A DNA stretch of 64,000 nucleotides, from positions 6,090 through 70,089 of the forward strand of contig JAWOIK010000240.1 in NCBI GenBank assembly GCA_046484705.1. Direction: 5' to 3'. Shown here one piece after another: positions 9,456-20,130 of the stretch. Position 1 is the stretch's first letter. The number at the start of each line of letters is the position of its first letter. The stretch is from Ignavibacteriaceae bacterium. Lineage in GTDB: Bacteria; Bacteroidota; Ignavibacteria; Ignavibacteriales; Ignavibacteriaceae. Under the pieces are notes generated by a model. The model did no database searches. It worked only from the letters and a program-made list of their open reading frames with translations, and was not told the DNA's origin. The translations under genes were made by a program, and so were the position numbers.

Positions 9456-9635
9456 TCTTTTCCTTTTAATTATGTGTACAAACAAATATAGAAAAAGATT
9501 CCCAAGTTTCTTAAGAAGAATTTTTTCCACTTAAGTATAATCGAATTTTGAAATACAACACTGCAAAATCATTATATCCTTTCATGTAATGTGCATTTTT
9601 TACTATAATTGCAGCACGTAAATGAATAAGTACAG

Positions 9636-10940
9636 ATGAAAATAATACTATTAATATTTCTGTTAAATATCTCAGGGCTTAGTTTAGCACAGGAATCCTT
9701 CTGGAAGAAAATTCAGACTCCTGTAACTGTTAATCTGAATTCGATATTTGCACTGGATAGCAACAATATATGGATCGCTGCAGATAGCGGCAAGATATTG
9801 TATACTTCTGATAAAGGTGACAACTGGCAGGTACAAACAACGGAGAATAATTCCAAAGTATATGATGTCTTTTTTCTGGATGAGAATTCCGGATGGGCAA
9901 TTGAATGGAAATCAGATAATGAACCATTCGGAACATATATATTAAAAACAAGTGATGGTGGAAATAATTGGGAGTCATCTTTTTACAGGCATACAGATGT
10001 CTTTTTACATACAATCTATTTTGTTGATTCACTAAATGGATTTTCGGGTGGAAGTAATACGGGTATTGTGTATACACAGAATGGGGGAGAAGACTGGTAT
10101 CCTGCTACAATCATCGATACTGCAGGAGTTGGTGGATATTTACCAGTTTATAAGTTCAGGTTTTATACTCCTCAATACGGGTATGCAGTAGGTGGAAATA
10201 TTGACATAATGGGAGTGATATGGAGAACAGATGATTATGGCGAAACCTGGCTGCCTTACGGCGCCGGTCCGGATCCTATATATGATTTTGCATATTTTGA
10301 TTCACTGAATATTTATACGCTTGCCGGTGACTTCGAGAAGTTTTACGAAATTGCAATTATACGTTCATCAGACGGAGGTTTTTCCTGGAGCTATGAGGAA
10401 ATTGAACGTTTTAGTGCCATCGAAGGAATTTCATTCAGAACAGAAACCGAAGGATGGACAGCTACCTGGTATGACTCCAATTTACTTATGACCACAGATG
10501 CCGGAAATTCATGGGAATACTATCCATTGGCAGATAGTATCCCTACGTTTGATATTGTATTTGTAGATTCGATAACAGGATTCATGATAAGTGATTCCGG
10601 GAGAGTGTTAAGATATGTACCTTATGATCCGACAAATATTATAGATCATTCAGAAATTTTTATCAGCGATTTTAATTTATACCAAAATTACCCTAATCCT
10701 TTTAACTCTCAGACAAAAATTTCTTACCATATTCGAAATGAATCATTCATTACAATCAGATTATATAATGTTCTTGGTGAGGAAATTAAAATGTACACAG
10801 AAGGAATTAAATCTTCTGGTATGCACGCAATTAATATTGATTTAAATAATATTCCTGCCGGAGTATATTTTTATCAGTTGATTGCAGAAAATAACTATGA
10901 ACTCAACAGCCAAACGAAAAAAATGGTTTTACTTAAGTAA
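9636..10940 (+). CDS. BNR/Asp-box beta-propeller protein (Ycf48-like) with a T9SS C-terminal sorting domain
   Basis: Signal peptide present. Six S/T-x-D-x-G-x-x-W Asp-boxes (SDKGDNW, SDGGNNW, QNGGEDW, TDDYGETW, SDGGFSW, TDAGNSW). The C-terminus reads NLYQNYPNPFNSQT..VLLK. Confidence 0.8.
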   Translation: MKIILLIFLLNISGLSLAQESFWKKIQTPVTVNLNSIFALDSNNIWIAADSGKILYTSDKGDNWQVQTTENNSKVYDVFFLDENSGWAIEWKSDNEPFGTYILKTSDGGNNWESSFYRHTDVFLHTIYFVDSLNGFSGGSNTGIVYTQNGGEDWYPATIIDTAGVGGYLPVYKFRFYTPQYGYAVGGNIDIMGVIWRTDDYGETWLPYGAGPDPIYDFAYFDSLNIYTLAGDFEKFYEIAIIRSSDGGFSWSYEEIERFSAIEGISFRTETEGWTATWYDSNLLMTTDAGNSWEYYPLADSIPTFDIVFVDSITGFMISDSGRVLRYVPYDPTNIIDHSEIFISDFNLYQNYPNPFNSQTKISYHIRNESFITIRLYNVLGEEIKMYTEGIKSSGMHAINIDLNNIPAGVYFYQLIAENNYELNSQTKKMVLLK

Positions 10941-12584
10941 CATCATCGATTTGGTTTCCGAGTGGTCGCCTGCTGTAATTCTGTAGAAATACAAACCGCT
11001 TGATAGATCATTATGCATTTCTGTGGTATTAAAAATAATTTCATTATAACCACCCGTAAAATATTCATCAGCTAAAGTTAAGATTTCGTTTCCGAGCAAA
11101 TCATACACTTTAATGGCAACATAACCTGCAGTTGCCATTTGCCAGCTAATTGTAGTGGCAGGATTAAATGGATTGGGATAATTCTGATTAAGTTTAAAAT
11201 CTAAAACAGTTTCATACTCGTCTTCAACACTAACAGCAGGTACAGTTATTGGTGCGGTCCACACCTGGTAAACACCCGATGAATTATCCATCCATACAGG
11301 CCAGAGTTTTCCGTTTGTATAAGTTATATCTATATGATCAGAAATATTTCCGGCACCGATACCACTTACAGCTTCCGGGCGGAAATTATGGTCACTTACC
11401 TGATAATCATTCCATATATCACCGCCATCGGTTGAGCGCGATAGAAATACGCCTGAAGAATCACTTGTTGTATTTCTGTCATCAAGATATAAAATATTTA
11501 TGGCACCGGAGGGATCTATTTTAATAGCCGGGAAAAACTGAATCTTTCCGTTATTCATTGCATCCTGATTTACTCTTATTCCCGAAGTCCAGGTATTACC
11601 ATTATCCGTGGACTTGAATAAAACAATATCAGGATCATTGCCAGCCGGAGCTAATTCCCGTTGTGAAGTAACTATATATATGTTTCCATTATAAGGGCTA
11701 CTGGTATTATCAACAGCAATTTTAGGGGTGCTGTTTACTCTTATATTCTGTTTCTGAGCTAGTATTCCTGTGATACCTCTTGTCTGAATCGGGTTTTCCT
11801 GAACATCCCAATTTGTTCCGCCATTAGTAGATCTTGCAAATCCAATATTAATTTCATAAGGTGATGGAACTCCGGTTGGAATTACCGCCCAGCAAACGAA
11901 GATATCGCCATTATCTTTCAGAGTAATATCCGTTCCGAAGCATCTTACCGGTGGACTATTAATTGGGCCAGGGCTAGTCCAATTTTGACCACTATCATCA
12001 GTATACGTCATTTTAACACTATAGGGTGGAGTTAGCATTGTATAAACAGCATAACTCCTTCCATAATAATTACTTGTGGAATATACATCACTTGCAATAG
12101 AGTGTTTTTCGAGATCTTCAGAAGAAATGGTTTTTTGGTTGCTCCAGGTAAGTCCGTTATCCGTTGAGTAATGGGAATATAATCCAACAAAAGTTGGCTG
12201 CCGTCCTAACCGGTTAAGTAAAAAGATTCCATCTTTGTCAATTGTAATTCCAGGCTCACCGCCGTGAAACTGGATTGGGGAACCGGAGCAAGTGTCACTG
12301 CCAAACCAGGTTTCACCGGAATTCGTTGAAACATAAATGCCTTCACTTATAAAAAACGGATTGGTAACAATTGTATATGCTGATGCAAAAAGAATATCAG
12401 GATTGTTTGGATGATTTACTATAAAGGTTTCAGATTGACTTACGTTACTGGGATAAATTCTAAAATTATCACCAACGATTATATTGGTTTGTTTCTTTAT
12501 GTCAAATAATGATTGTGCATTAATTTCAGTAAATGCTAATAAAATAATTGTAATTGAAATCAAATGAATTATTAGTCTGTTCAA
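10929..12584 (-). CDS. Sialidase-like BNR/Asp-box beta-propeller protein with a T9SS C-terminal sorting domain
   Basis: Signal peptide present. Asp-boxes STNSGETW, STDNGLTW, TDDSGQNW, STNGGTNW, STDNGNTW, STDGGDIW. The C-terminus reads LNQNYPNPFNPATT..MMLLK. Confidence 0.8.
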   Translation of the reverse strand: MNRLIIHLISITIILLAFTEINAQSLFDIKKQTNIIVGDNFRIYPSNVSQSETFIVNHPNNPDILFASAYTIVTNPFFISEGIYVSTNSGETWFGSDTCSGSPIQFHGGEPGITIDKDGIFLLNRLGRQPTFVGLYSHYSTDNGLTWSNQKTISSEDLEKHSIASDVYSTSNYYGRSYAVYTMLTPPYSVKMTYTDDSGQNWTSPGPINSPPVRCFGTDITLKDNGDIFVCWAVIPTGVPSPYEINIGFARSTNGGTNWDVQENPIQTRGITGILAQKQNIRVNSTPKIAVDNTSSPYNGNIYIVTSQRELAPAGNDPDIVLFKSTDNGNTWTSGIRVNQDAMNNGKIQFFPAIKIDPSGAINILYLDDRNTTSDSSGVFLSRSTDGGDIWNDYQVSDHNFRPEAVSGIGAGNISDHIDITYTNGKLWPVWMDNSSGVYQVWTAPITVPAVSVEDEYETVLDFKLNQNYPNPFNPATTISWQMATAGYVAIKVYDLLGNEILTLADEYFTGGYNEIIFNTTEMHNDLSSGLYFYRITAGDHSETKSMMLLK

Positions 12585-12660
12585 ATTGCTTCCTGTAAAT
12601 TTTAATAATTAATTTTTAGATATATTATTTTGATCATGTTAGAAGTATATATAAACTGAA

Positions 12661-14814
12661 TTAAAACGTATATCCAAGATTAACGCTTACAAATACACTT
12701 CTGGGTTCACCTGCTTCATAGAATCGCAGTGATGTTGAGTTTATATTAATGAAGCCTACATATTTTAAATCCAGTAAATTATTTACACCGCCTGAAAATC
12801 TTAAATTAAATCTGTTAAATTGAAAGTCTAAACCAAATGTTGAATTTAATAGTTGGTATGAATCCGTTTTGTCAGAGTTTTGATCATCTACATACATTCC
12901 ACTGACACTCTGGTAACTAATTTTTCCGAATCCCGTTATATATCCAGATATATTTCTTTCATATGATAATGATAGTAAAAGGTTATGCTCTGGTATACTG
13001 GGCACATTATTTCCTGAAAAGTCTTTTTCTTCAGTTACTATCTGTCCATCCTGAATATCGATAGTTTCTGTAATATAGTTTTCATAATTAAAATCCGAGA
13101 ATGTATACGATACAGCCGCTCTAAAACCGTTTAGTATTTCTATATTTAATCCTGTCTCTAAGCCCCTCCTGATAGTTTGGGCTGAGTTTCTAAAAAAGAC
13201 ATCGGAAAAGACTTCGAATGGGATTATCTCATCATCAATAATACTGTTGAAGAAAGTTGTTTCAAAAAAGATGGTTCTTAAAAAATTCCGCTCCGGGAAA
13301 ATTAAATGTCCTTTAAGTCCCAACTCAAAGTTTTTCGATTTTTGAGGTTCGAGATCCGGATTAAGCAGAACGCCCGGATCAGAACTTGTTGGATAATTCG
13401 GTAATTCATTACCAGCAGGTGAGTCAAAACTTAATCCGAATGAAGTGTAAAGAGCTACAGATGGAGTAATTTTAAAATTCAATGCCGCCTTAGGTGTTAC
13501 GGCTTCAAATCGTCTTAATGCATTACGTGATTCAAGAAGCTGATCTTTCTGGTAGAAATAAACATTATCATACCTTCCGCTTAGCATTAATGACATTTTA
13601 TTCTTTAAAATTTCAAAATTATTTAAAATGTATATACCGCTGTTTCCAATAGTTTCATCAGTAATTCCAATATTCACATCATCTTTTCTACCTCCCACAT
13701 TTCTGTATTCTTCAATCGGACCGGTTTGATACAAAGTATCACCGCCAACCGCGAATTCGTTTTGCCTGCCGAAAAAAGTTGACTTATTCAAGAACCGTAT
13801 TGTTGATCCGAGCCCGTACCGGTTCATAATGCGGTAAGTACGTCCGGTTCTTTCGAAGTATTTTATAGTGCCATAAGGAGTAATTTCAATTTCATTATTC
13901 AGATTCTTACCGAATTTTGTAAGATACCTGATTGCAATTCTGCCTTTCTTAGTAATTCTTCTAAAATCGAAATCTAATTCACGCTGGGCAGCCTGAAGAT
14001 GATTTTCCTCAAACTCTTCTTTGGTTAATGATCCCGGCAGTCTGATTAAACCGTTTACGAAATACCCGAGTAACTGGAAGTTAGAATTCTCACCCGGAAA
14101 TAATTCATATACAGTATTAAAAATATGCCAGTAGTCTTCACTATGCGCTCTGAATCCATTTGAATTATGATAAGTATAAGTGGTTAATAAACCATAATCA
14201 TCAGTTCTTATACCGGCTTTAACTCCGTTTCGCCTTAAATTATATGCACCAAAATCGTTAAAGTTAAGTGCAAAAGTTCTAGGAAAATTTATATCATTAA
14301 TAAAGTTAACAACTCCGCCCGGTGCATTTGTATAGAGCGAAGATGAATTTCCTTTTACAATTTCAATGCTGCCGATAGAATTAAAATCAATTGCCTCAAT
14401 TCTTGTTTGTCCGTCCGGTTCTGATTCAGGGATTCCATCAAGTAATATTCTTACTCCCCGGATTCCCGTGTTGGAACGGCTTCCAAAACCGCGAATAGAA
14501 ATTCTAACATCATGGTTACCATATCTTGATTGCAGAAAAACTCCGGGTACAAAGTTTAAAACATCACCAATAGAAACTTTTCGCTCATATTTATACTGCA
14601 TATTACTGATACGGACAACGGAGTAGGGAATATCAATTATTTTTTTCTGTATCCTGGTTCCCGTAACTACTACCTCATCCGTTTCGTAGAATAATGAATC
14701 CGCCATTCTTAACAGGTATTCATCATTGGATTTTGTGGTATCAGGTTCCTGTTGTGTAAAAACTGTTGAAAATAAAAATACAAATAGAGAAAGGAGAGTA
14801 GGTATAAATTTCAT
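12661..14814 (-). CDS. TonB-dependent outer-membrane receptor
   Basis: Signal peptide and plug region (DEVVVTGTR, GVRILLDGIPE). A long beta-barrel ends in ..NLGYTF. I prefer the ATG at 14814 to the TTG at 14826. Confidence 0.85.
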   Translation of the reverse strand: MKFIPTLLSLFVFLFSTVFTQQEPDTTKSNDEYLLRMADSLFYETDEVVVTGTRIQKKIIDIPYSVVRISNMQYKYERKVSIGDVLNFVPGVFLQSRYGNHDVRISIRGFGSRSNTGIRGVRILLDGIPESEPDGQTRIEAIDFNSIGSIEIVKGNSSSLYTNAPGGVVNFINDINFPRTFALNFNDFGAYNLRRNGVKAGIRTDDYGLLTTYTYHNSNGFRAHSEDYWHIFNTVYELFPGENSNFQLLGYFVNGLIRLPGSLTKEEFEENHLQAAQRELDFDFRRITKKGRIAIRYLTKFGKNLNNEIEITPYGTIKYFERTGRTYRIMNRYGLGSTIRFLNKSTFFGRQNEFAVGGDTLYQTGPIEEYRNVGGRKDDVNIGITDETIGNSGIYILNNFEILKNKMSLMLSGRYDNVYFYQKDQLLESRNALRRFEAVTPKAALNFKITPSVALYTSFGLSFDSPAGNELPNYPTSSDPGVLLNPDLEPQKSKNFELGLKGHLIFPERNFLRTIFFETTFFNSIIDDEIIPFEVFSDVFFRNSAQTIRRGLETGLNIEILNGFRAAVSYTFSDFNYENYITETIDIQDGQIVTEEKDFSGNNVPSIPEHNLLLSLSYERNISGYITGFGKISYQSVSGMYVDDQNSDKTDSYQLLNSTFGLDFQFNRFNLRFSGGVNNLLDLKYVGFININSTSLRFYEAGEPRSVFVSVNLGYTF

Positions 14815-14984
14815 AAGAATTGCCAATAATTTTCTAAATTCATACTACAATATTGCCAAAATTTTGCGATTATTAAAGTCATTTGTACGATTTTGCAACG
14901 AACAAACAATGGCTTCACTGCAAGTTATACAGCCATAATAGTATTTAATATATAAGTTATGATTGTTTATCTTTGCGTTCAATT

Positions 14985-16007
14985 ATGTTAAAAATTGGTA
15001 AAATAGAAATTGAAAAAGCAATTCTTCTTGCACCAATGGAAGATGTTACCGATATATCTTTCAGGCTGGTTTGCAGGGAGCTAGGCGCTGATCTTGTCTA
15101 TACTGAGTTCGTAAATTCTGAAGGATTAGTCCGTGCAAATGAACGCACTCATAATAAACTGAAAATTATTGAAGATGAAAGACCTGTTGGAATTCAGATT
15201 TACGGCAGCAATATCGACTCAATGGTTGGAGCTGCAAGAATTGCTGAAGCTGAGAATCCGGATTTAATAGATATAAATGCCGGATGTTGGGTAAAGAATG
15301 TAGTAGGATGCGGTGCCGGTTCTGCATTATTGAAAGATCTGCCTTACCTTCAAAAGATGGTAAAAGCCGTGGTAGATTCAGTTTCCCTGCCCGTTACAGT
15401 TAAAACCAGAATAGGATGGGATAATACCAGTATAAAAATTGTAGAAGCAGCTAAAATGCTTGAAGATGTCGGAATAAAAGCCCTCACTGTTCATTGCAGA
15501 ACGCGTCAGATGGGGCATAAAGGTGATGCAGACTGGAGCTGGATAAACAAAGTTAAGGAAGCTGTATCTATCCCTGTGATACTTAACGGGAATATACTCA
15601 GCGCTTATGATGTCCAACGTGCATTCAATGAGACAAACGCGGATGCAGTGATGATTGCACGAGGAGCAATCGGCAATCCATGGATCTTTAAAGAAGCCAA
15701 AGAATTATTAACAACAGGATTAGTATCAGAAGAAATCAGTGATGAAATAAAAATTAAAACCTGTCTGCGACATCTTGAACTGGCAATTGGTATAAAGGGT
15801 GAAAGACGTGCAGTAATTGAGCACAGAAAATTTTATTCCGGTTATTTAAAAGGAATGCACCGTGCTTCCAAAATAAGAATGGAATTAATGCTCCATAGTG
15901 ATTATGAATCAATTAAAAATGCACTATTAAGTTATTTGGAGGAATTAAAAAAGGTTTCTCCGGTCTTCCACAATCCATTCAGGCTTCAGACTGATTATCA
16001 GTCATAA
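14985..16007 (+). CDS. dusB: tRNA-dihydrouridine synthase
   Basis: LAPMEDVTDISFR, IDINAGCW and VHCRTR motifs typical of the Dus family. ATG at 14985 (the ORF-track TTG is at 14973). Confidence 0.9.
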   Translation: MLKIGKIEIEKAILLAPMEDVTDISFRLVCRELGADLVYTEFVNSEGLVRANERTHNKLKIIEDERPVGIQIYGSNIDSMVGAARIAEAENPDLIDINAGCWVKNVVGCGAGSALLKDLPYLQKMVKAVVDSVSLPVTVKTRIGWDNTSIKIVEAAKMLEDVGIKALTVHCRTRQMGHKGDADWSWINKVKEAVSIPVILNGNILSAYDVQRAFNETNADAVMIARGAIGNPWIFKEAKELLTTGLVSEEISDEIKIKTCLRHLELAIGIKGERRAVIEHRKFYSGYLKGMHRASKIRMELMLHSDYESIKNALLSYLEELKKVSPVFHNPFRLQTDYQS

Positions 16008-16008
16008 A

Positions 16009-16614
16009 ATGCTATTGAAAAAATTCTTTTCACATAAAACTGCAAGAATAATATCAACAATATTTGTTCCTCCATCATTTACAATTCTGATATTTACATT
16101 CCTGGCATTTCATTTAGAAACTGAAACAACAAAGATAATTGTTACATTGTCAGTTGCTTATTCATTAGGATTTGCGGCACCCATAATTCTGTATTTCATC
16201 CTCAGAAATAAAAAATTACTGATCGATAGTGACGCATCAATAAAAGAAGAACGTACGTTACCATTTTCAATTGCTGTTTTATTTTATGTGATTGGATTGA
16301 TAATCCTCATTTACTTTCAGATTAACATAATTTCAATCGCTTTCTGGTTTTGTTATATTTCCAACACAATAATTACAATTTTCATAAATAAATACTGGAA
16401 GATAAGCGCGCATGCAATGGGAGCCGCTGGTACATTTGCAGCATTAATATTTGTCTTAGGATTTCCTGCTTTATATTTTTTAATTATTGTGTTAATTATC
16501 GGATGGGCCCGAATTAAACTTAAATGTCACTCATTTGCGCAAGTTACAGCCGGAACTGTTTTAGCTTTTGTTTCAACTTATTTGCAAATTTATTTTATCG
16601 TAAAATATTTTTAA
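16009..16614 (+). CDS. Polytopic membrane protein, weakly PAP2-like
   Basis: Five to six hydrophobic helices. ISAHAMG and RIKLKCHSFAQV loosely resemble PAP2 motifs 2 and 3, but motif 1 was not seen. The start is 1 nt after the dusB stop. Confidence 0.45.
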   Translation: MLLKKFFSHKTARIISTIFVPPSFTILIFTFLAFHLETETTKIIVTLSVAYSLGFAAPIILYFILRNKKLLIDSDASIKEERTLPFSIAVLFYVIGLIILIYFQINIISIAFWFCYISNTIITIFINKYWKISAHAMGAAGTFAALIFVLGFPALYFLIIVLIIGWARIKLKCHSFAQVTAGTVLAFVSTYLQIYFIVKYF

Positions 16615-16701
16615 CTCTTTACTGAATGCTTTTAATCAGTTAAGCAGATTGGTGTTACTAAGTACAACATAAATATTATTAAATCAATTTTAAGTTTTTA
16701 T

Positions 16702-17451
16702 ATGGTTAAGAAAGAAATCAAAAATAATACACTTCTCATTTCATTGAACAGACCTGAAAAGCGAAATTCACTTCATCCTGATATAGTAACAGAGTTAAAA
16801 ACTTCTCTTATAAATTCCGAAAATGATAATGAGATACGATCCATAATTATTACCGGAGAAGGAAGTTCATTCTGTGCCGGTGCAGATTTAGCATACCTGG
16901 AAATGTTAAGCGACTATTCTTCAATTGAAAATGAAAAAGATTCAATGTCCCTTGCAGAATTATTTTTGCAGATTTACAGGTTCCCTAAACCGATTATAGC
17001 AGCAGTAAATGGACCTGCTATAGCAGGCGGCTGCGGACTTGCCAGTGTTTGTGACATAGTGGTTGCACATCCTGAATTATCAAAGTTCGGTTATAGTGAA
17101 GTTAAAATAGGATTCATTCCGGCGATTGTTTCAATCTTCTTATTAAAAAGGATTGGTGAAAGTCATACCAGGAATATGCTTATAACCGGTGAAACAATTT
17201 CAGGTAAACGTGCATATGAAATCGGGTTTGTAAATTACTTATCTGAAAATGTTCTGGCAGAATCGTTTAACATTGCAGAAAGAATAAATAAGAATTCTGC
17301 TTCAAGCATTATAGCAACTAAAAAAATGATAGAAGTTATTTCAGAGATTGATTTGAATACTGCTATTGAGTTTTGTATAAATCTAAATGTAATAAGCAGA
17401 ACAACTGAAGATTTTAAGGCCGGACTTCAAAAATTCTTAACTAAGGATTAA
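16702..17451 (+). CDS. Enoyl-CoA hydratase/isomerase family protein
   Basis: Crotonase-fold motifs: ITGEGSSFCAGADL, AAVNGPAIAGGCGLA. Confidence 0.9.
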   Translation: MVKKEIKNNTLLISLNRPEKRNSLHPDIVTELKTSLINSENDNEIRSIIITGEGSSFCAGADLAYLEMLSDYSSIENEKDSMSLAELFLQIYRFPKPIIAAVNGPAIAGGCGLASVCDIVVAHPELSKFGYSEVKIGFIPAIVSIFLLKRIGESHTRNMLITGETISGKRAYEIGFVNYLSENVLAESFNIAERINKNSASSIIATKKMIEVISEIDLNTAIEFCINLNVISRTTEDFKAGLQKFLTKD

Positions 17452-17456
17452 GCACA

Positions 17457-17987
17457 ATGAGTGATGAATTAAAAAAGTATATCAGAAGTATTAAAGATTT
17501 TCCTAAACCCGGAATAATGTTCAGGGATATAACTACATTATTAAAAGATAACATTGCACTAAGGGAGACCTTACAGCAGCTTTATAGTATTTCTAAAGAT
17601 GTTGAAATAACAAAAGTAGTGGGTATAGAATCAAGAGGATTTATAATGGGTGCAATGCTTGCTGAAAAACTTGGATGTGGATTTGTACCTGTGAGGAAAC
17701 CGAATAAACTTCCGGCAGCTAAAATTTCTGAAACATATTATTTAGAGTATGGTGAGGATAAAATTGAAATTCATAAAGATGCAATTGAACCGGGTGATAA
17801 AGTGTTATTACATGACGACCTGCTTGCAACCGGCGGTACAATGGAAGCTGCTTGTAAATTGATTGAAAAACTTGGCGGGGAAGTGGTTCAGATCAACTTT
17901 TTAATTGAATTGTCGTTCCTCAGCGGCAGAGAAAAATTAAAAAAATATGATGTTCATTCTTTAATGGTTTATGAAGACGAGAATTAG
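17457..17987 (+). CDS. apt: Adenine phosphoribosyltransferase
   Basis: FPKPGIMFRDIT and the PRPP motif VLLHDDLLATGGT; approx 175 aa. Confidence 0.92.
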   Translation: MSDELKKYIRSIKDFPKPGIMFRDITTLLKDNIALRETLQQLYSISKDVEITKVVGIESRGFIMGAMLAEKLGCGFVPVRKPNKLPAAKISETYYLEYGEDKIEIHKDAIEPGDKVLLHDDLLATGGTMEAACKLIEKLGGEVVQINFLIELSFLSGREKLKKYDVHSLMVYEDEN

Positions 17988-17994
17988 ACGAGAG

Positions 17995-18744
17995 TTAACT
18001 TTGTTCAATAGTTCTCTGTTCCCAGTTTTTAGGAGCAATTACAACCACAAACTCACCTTTTATAATTTTTACATTTAAGGATTCAAATAATTCGGAAGGG
18101 AATCCTCGCCAGCACTCTTCAAATTTTTTTGTCAGTTCACGGCAAACAACTACATATCTTTCCGGCATATATTTAGTTAATTCTTCAATCAGTTTTTCTA
18201 TCCTGTAAACCGACTCATACAATACAATAGTTCTTTCCTCTTCAGAAAGCTGAGATAACTTTTTTTGCCTGCCTTTTTTCTGCGGCAGAAATCCCTCAAA
18301 TATAAAGGCATCTGTTGGAAGTCCGCTTATTGACAATGCAGAAACAATTGCGGAAGGACCCGGAATAGAAATAACTTCAATTGCATTCCTTAATGCTTCA
18401 GAAATTAATCTGTTTCCAGGGTCTGATATAGTCGGAGTGCCGGAGTCTGATACAAGTGCGGCTGTTTCACCATTTAGAATTCTCTTCACAACAACATTTA
18501 ATTTATTCGATTCATTAAACGCATTAAGTGATAACAATTCTTTTTTTATTTCAAAATGCGTCAACAGGTTACCTGTTACACGCGTGTCCTCACAGGCGAT
18601 AAAATCAACTTCTTTTAAAGTTTCTACTGCACGGAAAGTAATATCTGCTAAATTTCCAATTGGTGTGCTGACTATGTAAAGTTTATTCTTCAATTTAACG
18701 AATTTAAAACGATAACGGCTCCATTGCGGAGCCGCCTCGTGCAA
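17995..18744 (-). CDS. rsmI: 16S rRNA (cytidine1402-2'-O)-methyltransferase
   Basis: LYIVSTPIGNLADITFRA, CEDTR, SDSGTPTISDPG. The true start may be the TTG at 18693 (MKNKLYIV..). Confidence 0.88.
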   Translation of the reverse strand: MHEAAPQWSRYRFKFVKLKNKLYIVSTPIGNLADITFRAVETLKEVDFIACEDTRVTGNLLTHFEIKKELLSLNAFNESNKLNVVVKRILNGETAALVSDSGTPTISDPGNRLISEALRNAIEVISIPGPSAIVSALSISGLPTDAFIFEGFLPQKKGRQKKLSQLSEEERTIVLYESVYRIEKLIEELTKYMPERYVVVCRELTKKFEECWRGFPSELFESLNVKIIKGEFVVVIAPKNWEQRTIEQS

Positions 18745-18759
18745 GTAGTTATAAATTAA

Positions 18760-20130
18760 TTATTTATTGGACACCATTAAGTTGAGAACTTTTTTGATAA
18801 TATTCAAGCCCTCATCAATTTCATTGATAGTTATATTCAACGGCGGGCGAAAACGGATTGACCGGCTGCCGCAACCAAGTATTATTAGTTTTTCTTTATA
18901 CGCAAGGTTTCTGAAATCATCTCTTAATTTCTGACTTGGCAAATCGAAGGAACACATTAAACCTAATCCTCTTGTATTACTCATTATTCTCGGGAATTCA
19001 TTGCTTAATTCTTCAATACGTGATTTCAAATGTGCACCAACAACGGCTGCATTTTCAACTAAATTTTCATTTTGAATAACTTCCATAAAGAATTTAGATC
19101 TTACCATATCCGTTAAATTAGCACCCCAGGTGGAGTTAATTCTGCTTGAAACCTTAAAACAGTTATCGGGTATATCATCAATCCGGTCTGAAACCATAAT
19201 TCCGCAAACCTGAGCTTTCTTGCCGAAGGCAATTATATCCGGTTTAACATAATGTTCTGAAGCCCAGAATTTTCCGGTAATTCCAAATCCGGTTTGCACT
19301 TCATCAAACATTAATAGTATTTCATTATCATCGGCAATTTGTCTTAAAGCCTGAAAAAATTCTTTCCTGAAGAATGAATCACCACCTTCAGCCTGGATTG
19401 GTTCAATGATAATTACAGCAATATCATCAGGATTATTTTTTATTGCAATATTTATTTCGTTGATAGCCTGGGTTTCAAATTTTTTTACTTCTTCAAGATG
19501 ATTTTCCAGCGGGAACTGTATTTTTGGATTTGTTATTCTGGGCCAATCAAATTTAGGGAAATACTGAACTTTGACAGGGTCCGTATTTGTAAGCGACATT
19601 GTATATCCGCTTCTTCCGTGAAATGCTTCTTTAAAGTGAATTACCTGATGACCTTTTTCCTCTTTTATACCTTTTTGAAAATTCTTTCTTACTTTCCAGT
19701 CGAATGCAACTTTCAAACCATTTTCAACCGCAAGAGCACCGCCGGAAATAAAGAACAGGTGTTTCATATAATCAGGTTTTGCAATCCTGGCAAAAGTCTC
19801 AACGAAATCAGCCATATAGGTTGTATAAATGTCTGAATTTGAAGGATTGTTGACTGCAGCTTTACCAAGAATTGATTTTACTTCCTCAGAATCGATGGAA
19901 GGATGATTTAAGCCGATTGGAGATGAAGCAAAGAAAGTAAAGAAATCAAAGTATTCATCACCGGTAATTTCATCAACAATTTTTACTCCACGACTTTTGT
20001 CTAAATCGAGGACTATATCAAAACCATCGGCAAGCATATATTTCTTTAAAGTGCTGTGCACATTTTTAGCGTCTGTATTTAAATAATCTGAAAGAAGTTC
20101 ATTTACAAAATTATTTTCTGTGTTGTTCAT
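18760..20130 (-). CDS. lat: Class III aminotransferase, L-lysine 6-(epsilon)-aminotransferase type
   Basis: Approx 455 aa. The N-terminus has the LAT pattern ..ML.DGF..V.DL.KS.G..I.D...G.EY.DFF..FASSP.G.NHP. PLP-lysine region FGKK. An ALDH7-type dehydrogenase gene lies nearby. Confidence 0.75.
   Translation of the reverse strand: MNNTENNFVNELLSDYLNTDAKNVHSTLKKYMLADGFDIVLDLDKSRGVKIVDEITGDEYFDFFTFFASSPIGLNHPSIDSEEVKSILGKAAVNNPSNSDIYTTYMADFVETFARIAKPDYMKHLFFISGGALAVENGLKVAFDWKVRKNFQKGIKEEKGHQVIHFKEAFHGRSGYTMSLTNTDPVKVQYFPKFDWPRITNPKIQFPLENHLEEVKKFETQAINEINIAIKNNPDDIAVIIIEPIQAEGGDSFFRKEFFQALRQIADDNEILLMFDEVQTGFGITGKFWASEHYVKPDIIAFGKKAQVCGIMVSDRIDDIPDNCFKVSSRINSTWGANLTDMVRSKFFMEVIQNENLVENAAVVGAHLKSRIEELSNEFPRIMSNTRGLGLMCSFDLPSQKLRDDFRNLAYKEKLIILGCGSRSIRFRPPLNITINEIDEGLNIIKKVLNLMVSNK

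Noticed and set aside
14827-14972. A search for riboswitch-like leaders upstream of the TonB-dependent receptor (cobalamin/TPP) and upstream of lat (lysine riboswitch, 20131..20475).
   Set aside because: Both regions are AT-rich, without the GC-rich conserved helices or core motifs of these riboswitch classes. Nothing could be folded convincingly by eye.
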